A program made the translations under genes and the position numbers. A DNA stretch of 64,000 nucleotides from Takakia lepidozioides (Eukaryota; Plantae; Bryophyta). Location of the stretch: assembly GCA_030704615.1 (NCBI GenBank), contig CM060732.1, positions 15,004,001-15,068,000 on the forward strand, written 5' to 3'. Below, piece by piece: positions 37,531-50,874 of the stretch (position 1 is its first letter; every line of letters starts with the position of its first letter). The notes below the pieces were generated by a model. That model was not told the origin of the DNA. It ran no database searches and saw only the letters and a program-made list of their open reading frames with translations.

Positions 37531-40000
37531 AGTCTTGGAGCGGAATGATTGTAGGATATGCGCAACATGGGTGCGGATGGTGGCTTTGGAGACCTATGAG
37601 CAAATAGTGTGGGAAGGGGTGAAGCCCAACCACATCACCTCTATTTGTGTCTATAATGCGTGTGCAAGCCTAGCAGCCCTGGAAAAGGGCAGAGAGGTCC
37701 ATGGTGACATCATCAAAGCGAGAATTGAACCAGATATTGTTCCGAACAATACCCTCATGGACATGTATGCCAATTGTGGGTGCATCGAGGATGCAAAGGG
37801 AGTGTTGGACAATATGACTGAAGGAGATGTGGTGTCTTGTAACGCCATGATCGCAGGGTATGCACAGCTTGGGCGCGGGATCGAGGCTCGGCCATGCGAT
37901 GCATACTGAATTCTGTAAGTTAGCTCATTGGCTTCTGAAAGAGGATCAAGAGAGGGAGTCCATAATGCCTCTTCTGGCTCTTCTGAGCATGTGAAGATGC
38001 TTTGTGAGGTAGGCAGACTGAAAGAGGCTCTACAGACTTTAAACCAAGGAGCATTTCAGCAGATTCAGATATGTATGTGGTACAATGCTTTGGATGAGCG
38101 AATGATGCACGAAGGGGTGAAGCCGAACCACATCACGATTGTGGTTGTGTTTGCAATGCGTGTGCAAGCCTGGGAGCCCTGGAAAAGGGGAAAGAGGTCC
38201 ATGGTGACATCTTCAAAGCTAGAAGTGTACCAGATGTCATTGGTGTCATGGAACGTGATGCTTGCAGGGTATGCACATCAAGTATGGAGGCTTCGAGACC
38301 TATGATCACATGATGGGGGAAGGGGTGAAGCCCGACCACATCACGTTTGTGTGCATTTGCAATGCTTGTGCAAGCCTGGTAGCGCTGGAAAAGGGCAAAG
38401 AGGTGCACGGAGACATCATCAAAGCTGGAATTGTACCAAACATCATTCTGAACACTGCCCTGGCAACTTTGGAAGGGGGCAAAGAGGTCCATGGCGACAT
38501 CGTCAGAGCTGGAATTGTAGCAAATGTCATTCTGAACACTGCCCTAGTGGACATGTATGCAAAATGTGGGTGCATCGAGGATGCAAAGGGAGTGTTCGAC
38601 ACTATGGATGAACGAGATGTGGTGTTGTGGAGTGTGATGCTTGCAGGTATGCAAAGCAGGGACAAGGGATGGAGGCTTCGGAGACCTATGAGCAAATGAT
38701 GGGGAAGCACATCATGTTTGTGTGCATTTTCAATTCTTGTGCAAGCCTGGCAGCCCTAGAGAAGGGCAAAGAGGTGCATGGGGATATCATCAAAGCTGGA
38801 ATTGTACCAAATGTCATTCTGAACATTGCCCTGGCAGCTCTGGAAAAGGGGAAAGAGGTCCATGGTGACATCTTCAGAGCTGGAATTGTACCAGATTTCA
38901 TTCTGAACAATACCCTGGTGGACATGTATGGGGATATCGTCAAAGCTGGAATTGTACCAAACGTTATTCTGAACACTGCCCTGACGGCAAAGAGGTCCAT
39001 GGCGACATCGTCAGAGCTGGAATTGTAGCTATGTCATTCTGAACATTGCCCTAGTGGACATGTATGCAAAATGTGGGTGCATCGAGGATGCAGAGGGAGT
39101 GTTCAACACAATGGTTGAACGAGATGTGGTGTCGTGGAGTGCGATGCTTGCAGGGTATGCACAACAGGGACGGAGGATGGAGGCTTTGGAGACCTATGAG
39201 CAAATGATGGGGGAAGGGGCCACATCATGTTTGTGTGCATTGCAATGCTTGTGCAAGCCTGGCAGCCCTGGAGAAGGGCAAAGAGGTGCATGGGGATATC
39301 ATCAAAGCTGGAACTGTACCTAATGTCATTCTAAACACTGCCCTGGCAGCTCTGGAGAAGCGGAAAGATTGCATGGCGACATCTTCAGAGCTGGAATTGT
39401 CCCAAATGTCATTCTGAACAATACCCTACTGGACAGGTATGCAAAATGTGGGTGCATCGAGGATGCAAAGGGAATGTTCAACACAATGGCTGAACGAGAT
39501 GTGGTGTCGTGGAGTGCGATGCTTGCAGGGTATGCACAGCAGGGACGTGGGATGGAGGCTTTGGAGACCTATGAGCAAATGATGGGGGAAGGGTTTAGCC
39601 CGGCCACATCATGTTTGTGTGCATTGCAGGCCTGGCAGCCCTAGAGAAGGGCAAAGAGGTGCATGGGGATATCATCAAAGCTGGAATTGTACCTAATATC
39701 ATTCTAAACACTGCCCTGACAGCTCTGGAAAAGGGGAAGGAGGTCCATGGTGACATCTTCAGAGCTGGAATTGTACCATATGTCACTCTGAACAATACCC
39801 TACTGGACATGTATGCAAAATGTGGGTGCATCGAGGATGCAAAAGGAGTGATCAACACAATGGTGTGCCTGAACGAGATGTGGTGTCGTGGAGTGCGATG
39901 CTTGCAGGGTATGTAGAGCAGCCCGACGTGGGATGGAGGCTTTGGAGACCTATCAGCAAATGATGGGGAAAGGGTTCAGCCCGGCCACATCATGTTTGTA
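37531..40000 (+). pseudogene. PLS-class pentatricopeptide-repeat pseudogene with internal tandem amplification; no E/DYW domain seen
   Basis: P (DVVSWSAMLAGYAQQG...), L (HITFVCICNACASLAALEKGKEVH...) and S (NVILNTALVDMYAKCGCIEDA...) motifs; many frameshifts. Confidence 0.92.
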
Positions 40001-40059
40001 TTCTTGGTGTTCTCTTGGGAGGTGGTTTATAATGTTGACAATGGTGAGAGGGCCTTGGG

Positions 40060-41993
40060 TTAGGGTGGATGTCACCACAACGTAGTAGGAAAAGTTTGTC
40101 GTTTATACTTTTATAGGTTTTAAGGTGGGACGGGGGGTGGTGGAAGGAGTGTTTAGATGCTAGAGGTTTTTGGTGATATCTGCCATGCGGGCAGTGGGTT
40201 ATGAGGTGGGTCTTGAAGGGACGAGGGGTGGGGGTATGAGGAAGGTAGCTATCATGTGGGTATGTGGGTATGTGGGTATGGGGGGGGCGATATAGGTGGA
40301 AGGGTGCCAGACGTAGGTGGAGCTGGTTGCATGGGTGTGTGCGGGGGTTTTGACTGTGATTTGATTATTATACATTCCTTTTGGAATGTATTTTTGGTGG
40401 GTGGCGGGTGTGGGTATTGGGTGGGGAAGAGGAAAAGTTTTTGGCCTTATCCGTAGGTGGGTGGGGGTGTGCATGGTTGTGATTGGGGGTATTATTACTG
40501 GGGTGGAGTGGTTGGTATACGGGGATAGAGTATGAATTTGGTATCGTAGCTTAAGTGGCCTGGAGCGTATGTGTATGTGTATTTTGCTGGCTGATCAAGC
40601 ATGCGGAGGAGAGTTTGAATTTTGAGTAGTTTTATTACTGCATGTGACATATTGAAATAACCAAGAATTGTGTGCGCGATACCATAGGCCTGGTATATTG
40701 TCGTGGTAATACCTGCAAGGGTAAATAGTATGGAAATTCGTAGTGTAGGCCTGGGTTGAAGTTGGCACGAATTTTAGGGGTGGAGGGCGGGATGTAGGGT
40801 ATGGAGGTGAGTTACGTAGATACGAGTGTTTGGATGAAGTTTGGGTGTCATGAACGTTGGTGGGATGAGATGACGGTTGCGGCTTCTGTTACCGGGAGTT
40901 TTTTTGAAGAGAGACATGTGGCGTTTTAGGTTTTGTGACATATGGCGAGTAAGGGTTGGGTGCTGCAGTGACGGGGCGTGTTGTGCAAAGGTGGGGGGGA
41001 CTTATATTTGCGCTCTGATCGTTTAGCTGTGCGAGTGTTGTAAGCCATATGCTGGGGGCACGGGTAGAACAGTGTACGTAGAGTTCAGGGGGGCGCTGCT
41101 GGAGCTTAGCATGAAGTGAATGCTGAGAGTACTTTGGAGTATGAAGAAGTTGAAGATGTATGTAAGTTTTTGGTGTCTTGAAGGTAGAGCTGTCGTATTG
41201 CATAGAAGTAGCCTGGGGTACATAATCGATATTGTCAACTATGAGAGAGATGAGTGAGTCGACAAAATAGAGGGCTACACAGTATGATGCGGTATGGCAT
41301 ATCTTTTGGAGTGTACGTATGTTGTGCTTCCTACCTCTGAACTTACACATTATGCAGGCTAGGATTCATGGGAGAGAGGCCTGACGTTTGTGCGTTGGTA
41401 GCAGGTGGGGATTGTGCCGATGCTGGAGCAGTCCCGGGTGGTGTCTGGGCCCTCTCTGCACTGGTGAAGTCGAGACGAGAGGGATGAGTAGTGGTGGGTA
41501 GTTCGATCAGTGTCGGCAGCTTGTAGGTGCCGGGTGGTGGCTTTGCTGTGGTGATGGCGCTCTGTCCAGCAGGTGAATTCGCCAACCCTGGGGGTGGGGG
41601 CAGCGTCTCCAGGATCTTGCTTGCATGCTCGTAAAAACTTGCCAGGTTGGCCCCCAAGTTCTTGGCAATAGAGTCCTGGAACGAAATCAGGTAGGTGTGG
41701 TGCGTATCTTGCTGCGTGGCCAGGGTGAGCGCAACCCTAGACTCCATAGCTCCAAGGTCATTCTTCATTTCGTTTTTGATCGAGATTGCATGGGCTGCCA
41801 ATTTTTTGTCGATTTCGGACATCATTGCATCGTGCCCTTGCTTGGAGCTGGTGCCTGTCTTGATGTTGAGGGACTGCACAGTGTCCGCTAAAGCTTGATT
41901 AATATTGGCTACCCACAGCCTCGGCTGCGGGGGGTGTGGCCCCGTTCAGACTGTTCGTGTGGGGTTCGAATGTGACATACTTGTCAATAACAG
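40060..41993 (-). mobile_element. LINE fragment: ORF1 C-terminus (coiled coil) and start of ORF2
   Basis: VIDKYVTFEPHTNSLNG...IKNEMKNDLGAMESRV; A/C-rich minus strand like the LINE at 1-5099. Confidence 0.55.
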
Positions 41994-42093
41994 CTTTTGG
42001 TTTGTGGACAGTACTCTAGAGGCTACATGGTATGATCTAGAAATCAACGAATAGTCTTCAGGGCCAAGAATGATTCAGCAAATACAGGAAAAT
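41994..42093 (+). pseudogene. Duplicated kelch fragment
   Basis: Direct repeat (with deletions) of ~58293-58430. Confidence 0.8.
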
Positions 42094-45088
42094 ATGCCTA
42101 TATTGCTGGAGGATCTCACTAGCATACGACTCTCAAGACAAAGCCACAACTCGCTACTTCACGCATGGGAACCTGAAGCACAAGGGTAAATATGGACCAC
42201 TGGATGTTAGCCGATCCAGGGTGGCGATCAATCTCTCCAACCGGATGAATGTCCATGGATGAGGATAATCATTCATGTGAATTTAAACGAATCATGTACC
42301 CATATACCAACTTAAGTTGGTCATGTACCCATGGATGAAAATCAGGAGATGGATGACAAATCGAGGGATGGAAGGTGGATGAACAGAAGATGGACGGATG
42401 AATTTTGAGGATGGAAGATGGATGAAAAGTTGGCAGATGGATAAATTTTCAGGGATGAAAAAAAGATTTTATGGATGGATGAAATTGGAAGCTTCCATTC
42501 TTTGCTTGGCCAACAAGTTTCACCATTATTTTGATGACTATTTCTTAATTTTCTTATTGGCCCAAAAAGACTATAATCCAGTATCCAGTATCCAGAATCA
42601 GATCGATAGAGCACCTGTACCAGAGTGAGAGAGCATGGAATAGAGAGCACGATGTAGACCGGGAGAGGGCAGAAGTTAGAGAGCACAATATGGCGTCTAG
42701 CAGTTACGATGGTGGATAGAGAGGAGAGCAATCAGCCGAGAGAGGGGTTTTGATCGGCAGCTCCTGCACCGTCAGCACTCTGATGTGTATTAAGAACTGA
42801 GACCTTTTAGTGGATTGTTGTTTGGAATCCATTGTTTGTTGTAATTCAGACCTGGTTTTCGAATGGAGAGCACCGTGTTGGAAGCGAGATAAGTTCATGG
42901 TGTTTTCTTTTAGGTGACTCGTAGGCTGACTAGAAGCACAGTAACCGTCACTTATACCTTAACCTTATTATTATCGTTGTCCTTACATGTTGCAGAATTA
43001 TGGAGACCCTCTCTTGAATGTCTGTTTTAAGTCATAGTTGAATTGGTATACTAATATGGACACGTTCACCAATGCTAACTCCCAAGACTTATGGTCTATA
43101 AAGGGGGTGTAGAAGTACCTGATTGACTGATTTGTTCATAGACTTGAGGATTTATTCTTTTTTTTTTAAGGTAATGTTATAAGTTTTGGTTTTGCAAAAT
43201 CAATCTGATTTATAAAATTTTCCTTGCTATATTTTCAGGCTAGATCTTGTTGAGAACCAAAGACTGAAGAAAATACTCTAAGAAGAACTTAGCCAGATCA
43301 GGGCCAGGGATCATAAGATATGAATTTTTTAAAGTGGTTTTTTTAAAACTGGAGCAACAAAAGTTTATGGTGCAGAATTATTTTTGGCTGATACGATTTG
43401 ATCTGGTTACTTCTGTGAGTAAGATATTTGAGTGGGGTCTTCTTTGGGTCATAGGATTAGGATTACTACCACACTAGAATCTTATAATTCTAGTAATGAT
43501 TACTTAGATTAGGAGATATTAATTTTTAAAGCAGGCAGTACACGCTAACAAAATTTGGGCCTGAGTCATATCCAAGATCATTGATTCTGCAGAGCCTCGT
43601 CCAGAAGCATGTTAGGAAGTCCATTGACTTGAGAGTCGTGAAAAAACCGTGTCCACATCATTGGGAGTTGACAGAGGGCGAGTGGTCTGAAAAATTTATT
43701 ATTGTGCAAGTCGCTAAGTCTTGTGGTTAATGGCCTGTCACGGCAACAAGCTGAACTCCCGTGAGACAATCACATGGTAGAATGATAGGTGTGTCAAAGG
43801 CAAGAGCAACAGCCAATGTGATACCCGCTCCCAATGATGTGGACACGGTTTTCTTACGGCTCTCAAGTCAATGGACTTCCTAACATGCTTCTGGACGAGG
43901 CTCTGCAGAATCAGTGATCTTGGATATGACTCAGGCCCAAATTCTGTTAGCGTGTACTGCCTGCTTTAAAAATTAATATCTCCTAATCTAGGCAATCATT
44001 ACTAGAATTATAAGATTCTAGTGTGGTAGTAATCCTAATCCTATGACCCAAAGAAGACCCCACTCAAAAATCTTACTCACAGAAGTAACCAGATCAAATC
44101 GTATCAGCCAAAAATAATTCTGCACCATAAACTTTTGTTGCTCCAGTTTAAAAAAAAAATCATATCTTATGATCCCTGGCCCTGATCTGGCTAACATTAG
44201 ATTCTTTTTAGAGTATTTTCTTGAGCCTTTGGTTCTCAACAAGATCTAGCTTGAAAATATAGCAAGGAATTTTTTCTAAATCAGATTTATTTTGCAAAAC
44301 CAAAATTTATAACATTACCTTAAAAAAAAAAAAAAAATCCTCAAGTCTATGAACAAATCAGTCAATCAGGTACTTCTACACCCCCTTTATAGACATAAGT
44401 CTTGGAGTTAGCATTGGTGAACGTGTCCATATTAGTATACCAATTCAACTATGACTTAAAACAGACATTCAAGATAGGGTCTCCATAATTCTGCAACATG
44501 TAAGGACAACGATAATAATAAGGTTAAGGTATAAGTGACGGTTATTGTGCTTCTGGTCAGCCTACGAGTCACCTAAAAGAAAACACCATGAACTGATTTC
44601 GCTTCCAACACGGTGCTCTCCATTCGAAAATCAGGTCTGAATTACAACAAGCAATGAATTCCAAACAACAATCCACTAAAAGTTCTCAGTTCTTAATACA
44701 CATCAGAGTGCTGGTGGTGCAGGAGCTGCCGATCAGAACCCCTCTCTCGGCTGATCGCTCTTCTCTCTATCCACCATCATAACTGCTAGACGCCATATTG
44801 TGCTCTTTAACTTCTGCCCTCTCCCGGTCTACATCGTGCTCTCTATCCCATGCTCTCTCACTCTGGTACAGGTGCTCTATCGATCTGATTCTGGATACTG
44901 GATACTGGATTATAGTCTTTTTGGGCCAATAAGAAAACTAGGAAATAATCATTAAAATAATGGTGAAATTTGTTGGCCAAGCAAAGAATGTAAGCTTCCA
45001 ATTTCATCCATCCATAAAATCTTTTTTCATCCCTGAAAATTCATCCATCCGCCAACTTTTCATCCATCTTCCATCCTCAAAATTCATC

Positions 45089-45455
45089 TGTCATGGTTTT
45101 AGTCATGGTTAACTAGAATTACCTACTTCTTGTTAACTAGGACATTTTGGATATTTATATTTGTATTTTGTGTGTTGGGACTTCATTTGGTCTCACATGC
45201 CAAGTAAGGTGTCAAACCTCACTTGGGACATGGGGATGGATTTTCCCCTTGTGAGTGTTGAGGAGGGCTCTTCTTCTTGTAGTTGAGCCTCCATGAGCCT
45301 CTCCCACCTCCATAGCTCTAGGTATTGAGAGGGAGTGTGGTGAGGGCTTTGTAGGGTGGATTCCTTTAGCAAAGGTGCCCTTGGCTTGACTTAGTTTATG
45401 TGATTGAGTGGATTCATGAGTGGAGTGTTTCCATTGTGTGTTCACTTCCATTATC
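45089..45455 (+). repeat. Repeat A1 (367 bp); A2 at 55670-56036
   Basis: Near-identical direct repeat. Confidence 0.95.
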
Positions 45456-46947
45456 ACTACAAGAAGATCACATTATGTTTGTGAGTGCGGAGTGTAAGGA
45501 TTAGTTTTAGCACTTGTGTTGGTGTACACCAAGGAATGAGAGAGCTAGGAAAGCTCAAGTATCTCACAAGGCTTGCAAGGTGTTGCAAGGAGGTGTGTTT
45601 TGCATTGCATCAAAGAGGTGGAGAGCTCAAGGAGAGAGCTCTTGAGTTACAAGACTTTGCAGAGGTGGAGAGCTTAAGGAGAGAGCTCTTGTATTATAAA
45701 GCTTGCATGGTTTTGCAAGGTAAGTGCTTGTATGTGCACTAAGGGTTTGAGAGCTTGGAAAAGAGCTCTTGCATCACAAGAGAAACGTCTTGTGTGTGGA
45801 GAAGATAAACACTAGGGTTTCAAGAGCAAGCTCTAGTACTTGTTCATGGTGTGAAAGAGAAGCCAAAGAGCGGCACATGCTTGGGTTGGAAACACCATAG
45901 AAGGAGTACAACAAGGGTAGCTTGAGGAGCATTGAGTAGCTCAAGATAAGCTAAGAAGTGGTTGTTCAATCCATGGTGAAATGAAGCCAAATGGGGTTTC
46001 ATTTGGTTGACAAACAAGCAAGCGAAGGCGGCGCTAGAAGGGAGTGTTTTTGCTAGTTCTATGAGTTCTTGGATTGCTCTTGGTGAAGCAAGTGATTGAC
46101 CAAGCAAGTGGCGCATGTGTGGAGCATGCTTTCCAAGTGTGGCTTCCAATTCAAGCTTGAGGAGAGCTAGAAGGTGAAGTGAGCAAGTTCATTCATTGTG
46201 TATGAGGTGGTGCATGTTGTGGAAGAAAAGCCAAGGAGCTACAGAGGCTAGGGCTTGAAGACAACAAAAGCAACCACTTGGAGAGCATCAAGAAGCTCAA
46301 GATGACTCCAAAGAGAAGCATGTGGGTGAGAATTCTATCCATGATGATGTGAAACCAAGCCTAGAGTATTGAAGAGCTTGGAGCACATGTGGGAGATCAT
46401 TGGAGGTGGTCTTGATGAAGAAAGGAGATTGTGGCTCACGACATGCATAGCAACTTCAACCATACATTAGCATGTGACAAGACAAAGAAGGGGAAGGTGA
46501 AGCTCATGTATTCATTCCTTTTTTGCTTATGTTTTGTGGTGGATGGTTGATCAAGCAAGTGATGCTTATGTGGAACATGCTCTTTAGGGCTTGTGACTTC
46601 AAGTTTGAGAAGATGAGCTCTTGAATAGAGGTGTGGATACACATTATGATGAATGAAGACAACACCTAGGTCAAGAGGTGGAAGTGTGTGTGACTAGCCC
46701 ATGCAAGGGAAAGCACATGGAAGATGACATACAAAATTCAAATTCAAGCAAGGCTTGGCGCTTGTCATTGGGCACATTAGCGTGCTATGAGTTCCAAGGA
46801 GATCAAGAGGAACTTGTCAATTTGGGATGAATGCATTGCAAAGTAAGATAATGCAATCTTGCATGCATGTTAGGGGGGAACATACCATGAAGAAGGTGTT
46901 TCTTACTATACTCTACAAACCCTAGTCTCCATACTCTTCAAGAAGCT

Positions 46948-47120
46948 GAGTATGGGCTCCCTCTGCCCATCATACACTTTTAATAACAGAGTATGGAACC
47001 CCTCTGCCCAACATACACTTTTGTGAACAAAGTATGGACCCCCTCTGCCCAACATACGTTTTTGTGAACAGTGTATGGGCTCCCTCGCCCCACCATACAC
47101 TTTTGTGAACAGTGTATGGA
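46948..47120. repeat. 41-bp tandem repeat (~4 copies) in the 5' leader
   Basis: GTATGG...CATAC hairpin-like units at 46948, 46989, 47030, 47071. Confidence 0.85.
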
Positions 47121-47960
47121 TACAAGTGGAGAGACTTTGCATACCATACGTTTTCATTAAAAGTGTATGACATCTAGGGTGTATCTAGAGGAGTATTGCC
47201 TTTGGAGGATCTTTGGGGGGTCCCTTTGAGGAGTTTTTGTAAGACACTTGAAGAGCTCTTGAAGGGGTGTTTGGAGGACTGTTTGGAGGACTAATTTAGG
47301 GTCCTTAGAGGCTAATATTTGGCAAGAGCCTTAGTGAGATTATTTGAGAGACCTTGGAAGGTAGTTCTGTTTGTTGGTCATGAGCAAGAGCGTTTAGAGA
47401 TAGGGGGAGACTAGTGGGATGAGAGCATTCTGGGATTAGGAATTGTTTTAGTCTCTCTTCCCCGTAGTCTTCCACCCTCTATGTAGGCCAAAACCTTTCC
47501 GTAGGTGGAGGCAAGAGTCAGTCCGGGTTTGGGCTGGGGTATCCTTGCATGAGCGACACAGTTGTGGAGTGTTTTTTTTTGTGTGGGGGAGTTATTGTCT
47601 TGATTTTCTTGTGTTTGGATCCCCCCCACACCTGCATGCTTGACTGTGCGCCATGTCAGTTTTGTGTGGGCGCTTGTTTTCATAGGATGTTGGTCCGGAT
47701 TTGATCACCAACCAATCCTAGAGCATGCTGTCGGTGGTGAGGCTGGGGTGATGACCAGTCAGACCACCATTGTTTCTTTTATGGTGAGGCTGGGTTGATG
47801 ACCAGCAAACCGTATGAGTGCTTGCGGTGGATGCAGGTGCAGGTTTATGTTACGAACCTAGTAGTCTAAGCCATAAGCCGCAACAGGTTCTCTACCCGGT
47901 TACTTTGTGGAAACGGGGATTAGAGACAGGTTTACAACAGGTGTGGTTGTGAGTTTTCAT

Positions 47961-50500
47961 CATGGAGGTGCCACTAGTTGCTGAGGAGAGTGTCGGTACG
48001 AGCACCAGCGATACTAGTGGATATACAAGACGAGGTGTGCGCGGTTTAGGCCACCTTCACCTTCAGTGTCTTCTGAGGAAGGTTCAGACTCAGAGTTAGG
48101 AGGATTCTCGCCGAGGGTGCAAACCATTTCCGTGCCATTGTTGTGGGATACGATGGAGGAAATGTATGGAGCTACCAAGGGGCCGTGTCGGTACTCTGGA
48201 GTTGTGGGCACCATCGAGCTTGATGATTTCATACAAGAGTTTGATAGTTGGTGTGATTTGCAGCAGATGCGCAATCCACAACTGTTTACGCCTTTTATGA
48301 CGTGGAAGGTGCTGTTTCAGCACCTTGAGGGGCCACCCATGGATGACTACCATGAGTTTAGGCGGGGACATGAGGTGGAGATTGAGGAATGGCGGGTGTA
48401 TTGATCACCTGACTATGTTTCCATCACTAGAGGCACAAAGGCAGTGGTGACACCGGCAGCTTCTGCAAGCAGCAATGGGACGTCAAGTGGAACAGGAGCT
48501 GGGAAGTCCACCCAAGCTCCTGCTGCAGCACCAACACCTGTGCCTGCCTTTAACCCAGTTGTGGAGTACTTCGAGGAGTTGAAGAGAAACTACCAAGGGA
48601 TAAGGACAGAGAAGTTGCGGAGCTTGCAAGAGTTCCAACGAAGGTCTACTGAGAGTTTGAGGGAAGCTTACACTCGCATGAGGCGCTTGATAAACGTAAC
48701 CCAAGGGGTTACAGAAGCTAATCAGGCAGTCCAGTTCTGGTATGGGATCCTGGACAAGGAGCTGAGGAGAAGGGTGCGGGATGCAACTCTCCTATAAGTG
48801 GACCAACCCACCTTAGTTTTTTCTGGCAGAGCGGATAGAGCTCAATATGGTGGAGGAGCGAGTGGTCATGGTGGGGTTTGGTCAGGAGACACAACGAAGT
48901 GGGGCTCCTAGCCAACAACAACCACTACCCCAACGTGCTCAAGGCAACAAGGGGGCTCAGGCAAAGCCCAGGGAAGGGCCGATAGGATCTCAATCGCAGA
49001 GGTCACTTCCTTCATTCTCAGGCCAACAACAGTCGGGTGTGACATGCTGGGATTGTGGAGGACCCCATGTTAAGAGAGATTGCCCGGAAAGAGGCAAAGG
49101 GCCGGCACAGGCATAGCCTACACAACTACAATGTGGGCATTGTGGCAAGTATGGGCATGAAGAGGCCTATTGTTATTTCTCAGCCAATGTGAAAGACTAT
49201 GGAAGCCTTGTCAGCCGACTTGCTTCCCCTCTTTGTGGATCAAAATCCACATCCGCTCATCTTGGCTCAGGAGCACACGTTGCTGCTCGAGTGACAGCAG
49301 CTGCAGAGTCCACATGCAATGGTCCTGCAAGTGTGGCTCCACACATGAAGCCCATACCAATCTGGTCCTCCCTAGGCATAGGAGGTTGTGCAGGTGGGGC
49401 TTGAACCTCAAGCCTTGGAGCTGGCGCAACATGAGTAGTGGCCATGGCAGCAAGATATTGCTCTAGCTGGGCAAGTTTATCCACCATGCCTTGGTCATGA
49501 CCTTGACCCTGACCCTGTGCTCCTTGGTTTTGATTACGTCCTCCAGCCCGACCTCTGCCTCCTCTACCTCTCTGGACTACATTGCCTCGTCCTCGGCCAC
49601 CATTGTTCCCTTGGAACTGACCTGGCCATAGCTCAGGATACCAACTATGCCATCGATGGCACCTGCTCGCCCAAGTGTGTCAGAAATAGAGCCACGAGTG
49701 TCATTGGGGAGAGTTGGTGTGGCTCGGGAAATGCCAGTGGGTGGTGCAGCAAAGCAAGGTGCAGCCAGTACATTGTTGGGGGCGGCTACGGCAATTTGCC
49801 AAGCTCCATTGTTTTTTGCCACGACAATTGCAATGTCGGGGATGCGGCCAGCTGCAATGTTTAGACTGGCAGCTAGGTTGGGAGTTAGGCGCGCGCATCA
49901 AAGCGAGTAACTATGACTTATCAGCACTATCTGCGGGGATAGCGGATCAGGTGCAGTGCATGGATGCCCTAGATTCAAGGGTGAAGACAGCCACAGCTGC
50001 GCCATGGCAAGCGGCAGCTGCAAGGTTGCAAGAGTTGCCAGCTAGACCAGCCATTGAGCGTAGTATGATGATTCCTAGGGTAGTCCTGGTGGACAATCAG
50101 AATGGTGTGTTTCAGTTGGGTGGCCCGGCCGGGAGGAGGTATAGGCCACTGCTGGTCTTGTTGGACTCGGGAGCACAGCCATTGATGTTGGGGAGAGCAG
50201 CAATTGTAGGCTTGGGCCTTACAGAGGCGGATTTGGAGCCTTGTCCTTTCCAAATTCAAACATCTTTGGGCGGTTTAGAGAAGACACGAGGGATTACACG
50301 CCATGAGCTCTTCATTCGATTGCAGCCAGATCATCCTACAGATGGCTCTATCATGAGAGCTAAAGCCATTGTTACAGACGCGATGTCTTATGATGTGTTT
50401 GTTGGTGGGGTTGTGTTATACCCGATGGGCTTTACTTTGGACTTTTGGGAGGAAACGACATCCTACAGGCCGGAATGGCAGTCAGGGGATGGTCGGCGTG
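47961..50500 (+). pseudogene. gag (two CCHC knuckles) and aspartic protease; 49178-49580 is inverted
   Basis: CWDCGGPHVKRDC, CGHCGKYGHEEAYC, LLDSGAQP. Confidence 0.85.
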
Positions 50501-50874
50501 CACTGCTTCCAATGCGGTTTATTGGGAATGTAGCGGTGGATCATAGGAACATGATGCCCACATTGGCTTCATTCTCAGGGGTGGTGGCTTGGGGTGGTGA
50601 GCTCTTGGAGGGCAATAGCCATGCAGACGATAGGCCACCACCTGATGAGGACAAACAATTGGTATACAAGGCTGATTTGCTTCCTCATGTGTCTGTTCAT
50701 ATTCCACTGTGGGGTACAGTTAGGAATTTGCATCGAATAGCAGGCGAGTGTGTGCACCAAGCATGGCAGGAGGCTTATCCATTGGTGAGTGAGGGGAGTT
50801 CAGTGACATCACCTGGACCTAGTCAGTTAGCTCCTTTGGATACAGTGCCCATTACCTGGCAACCACCTGACTCA

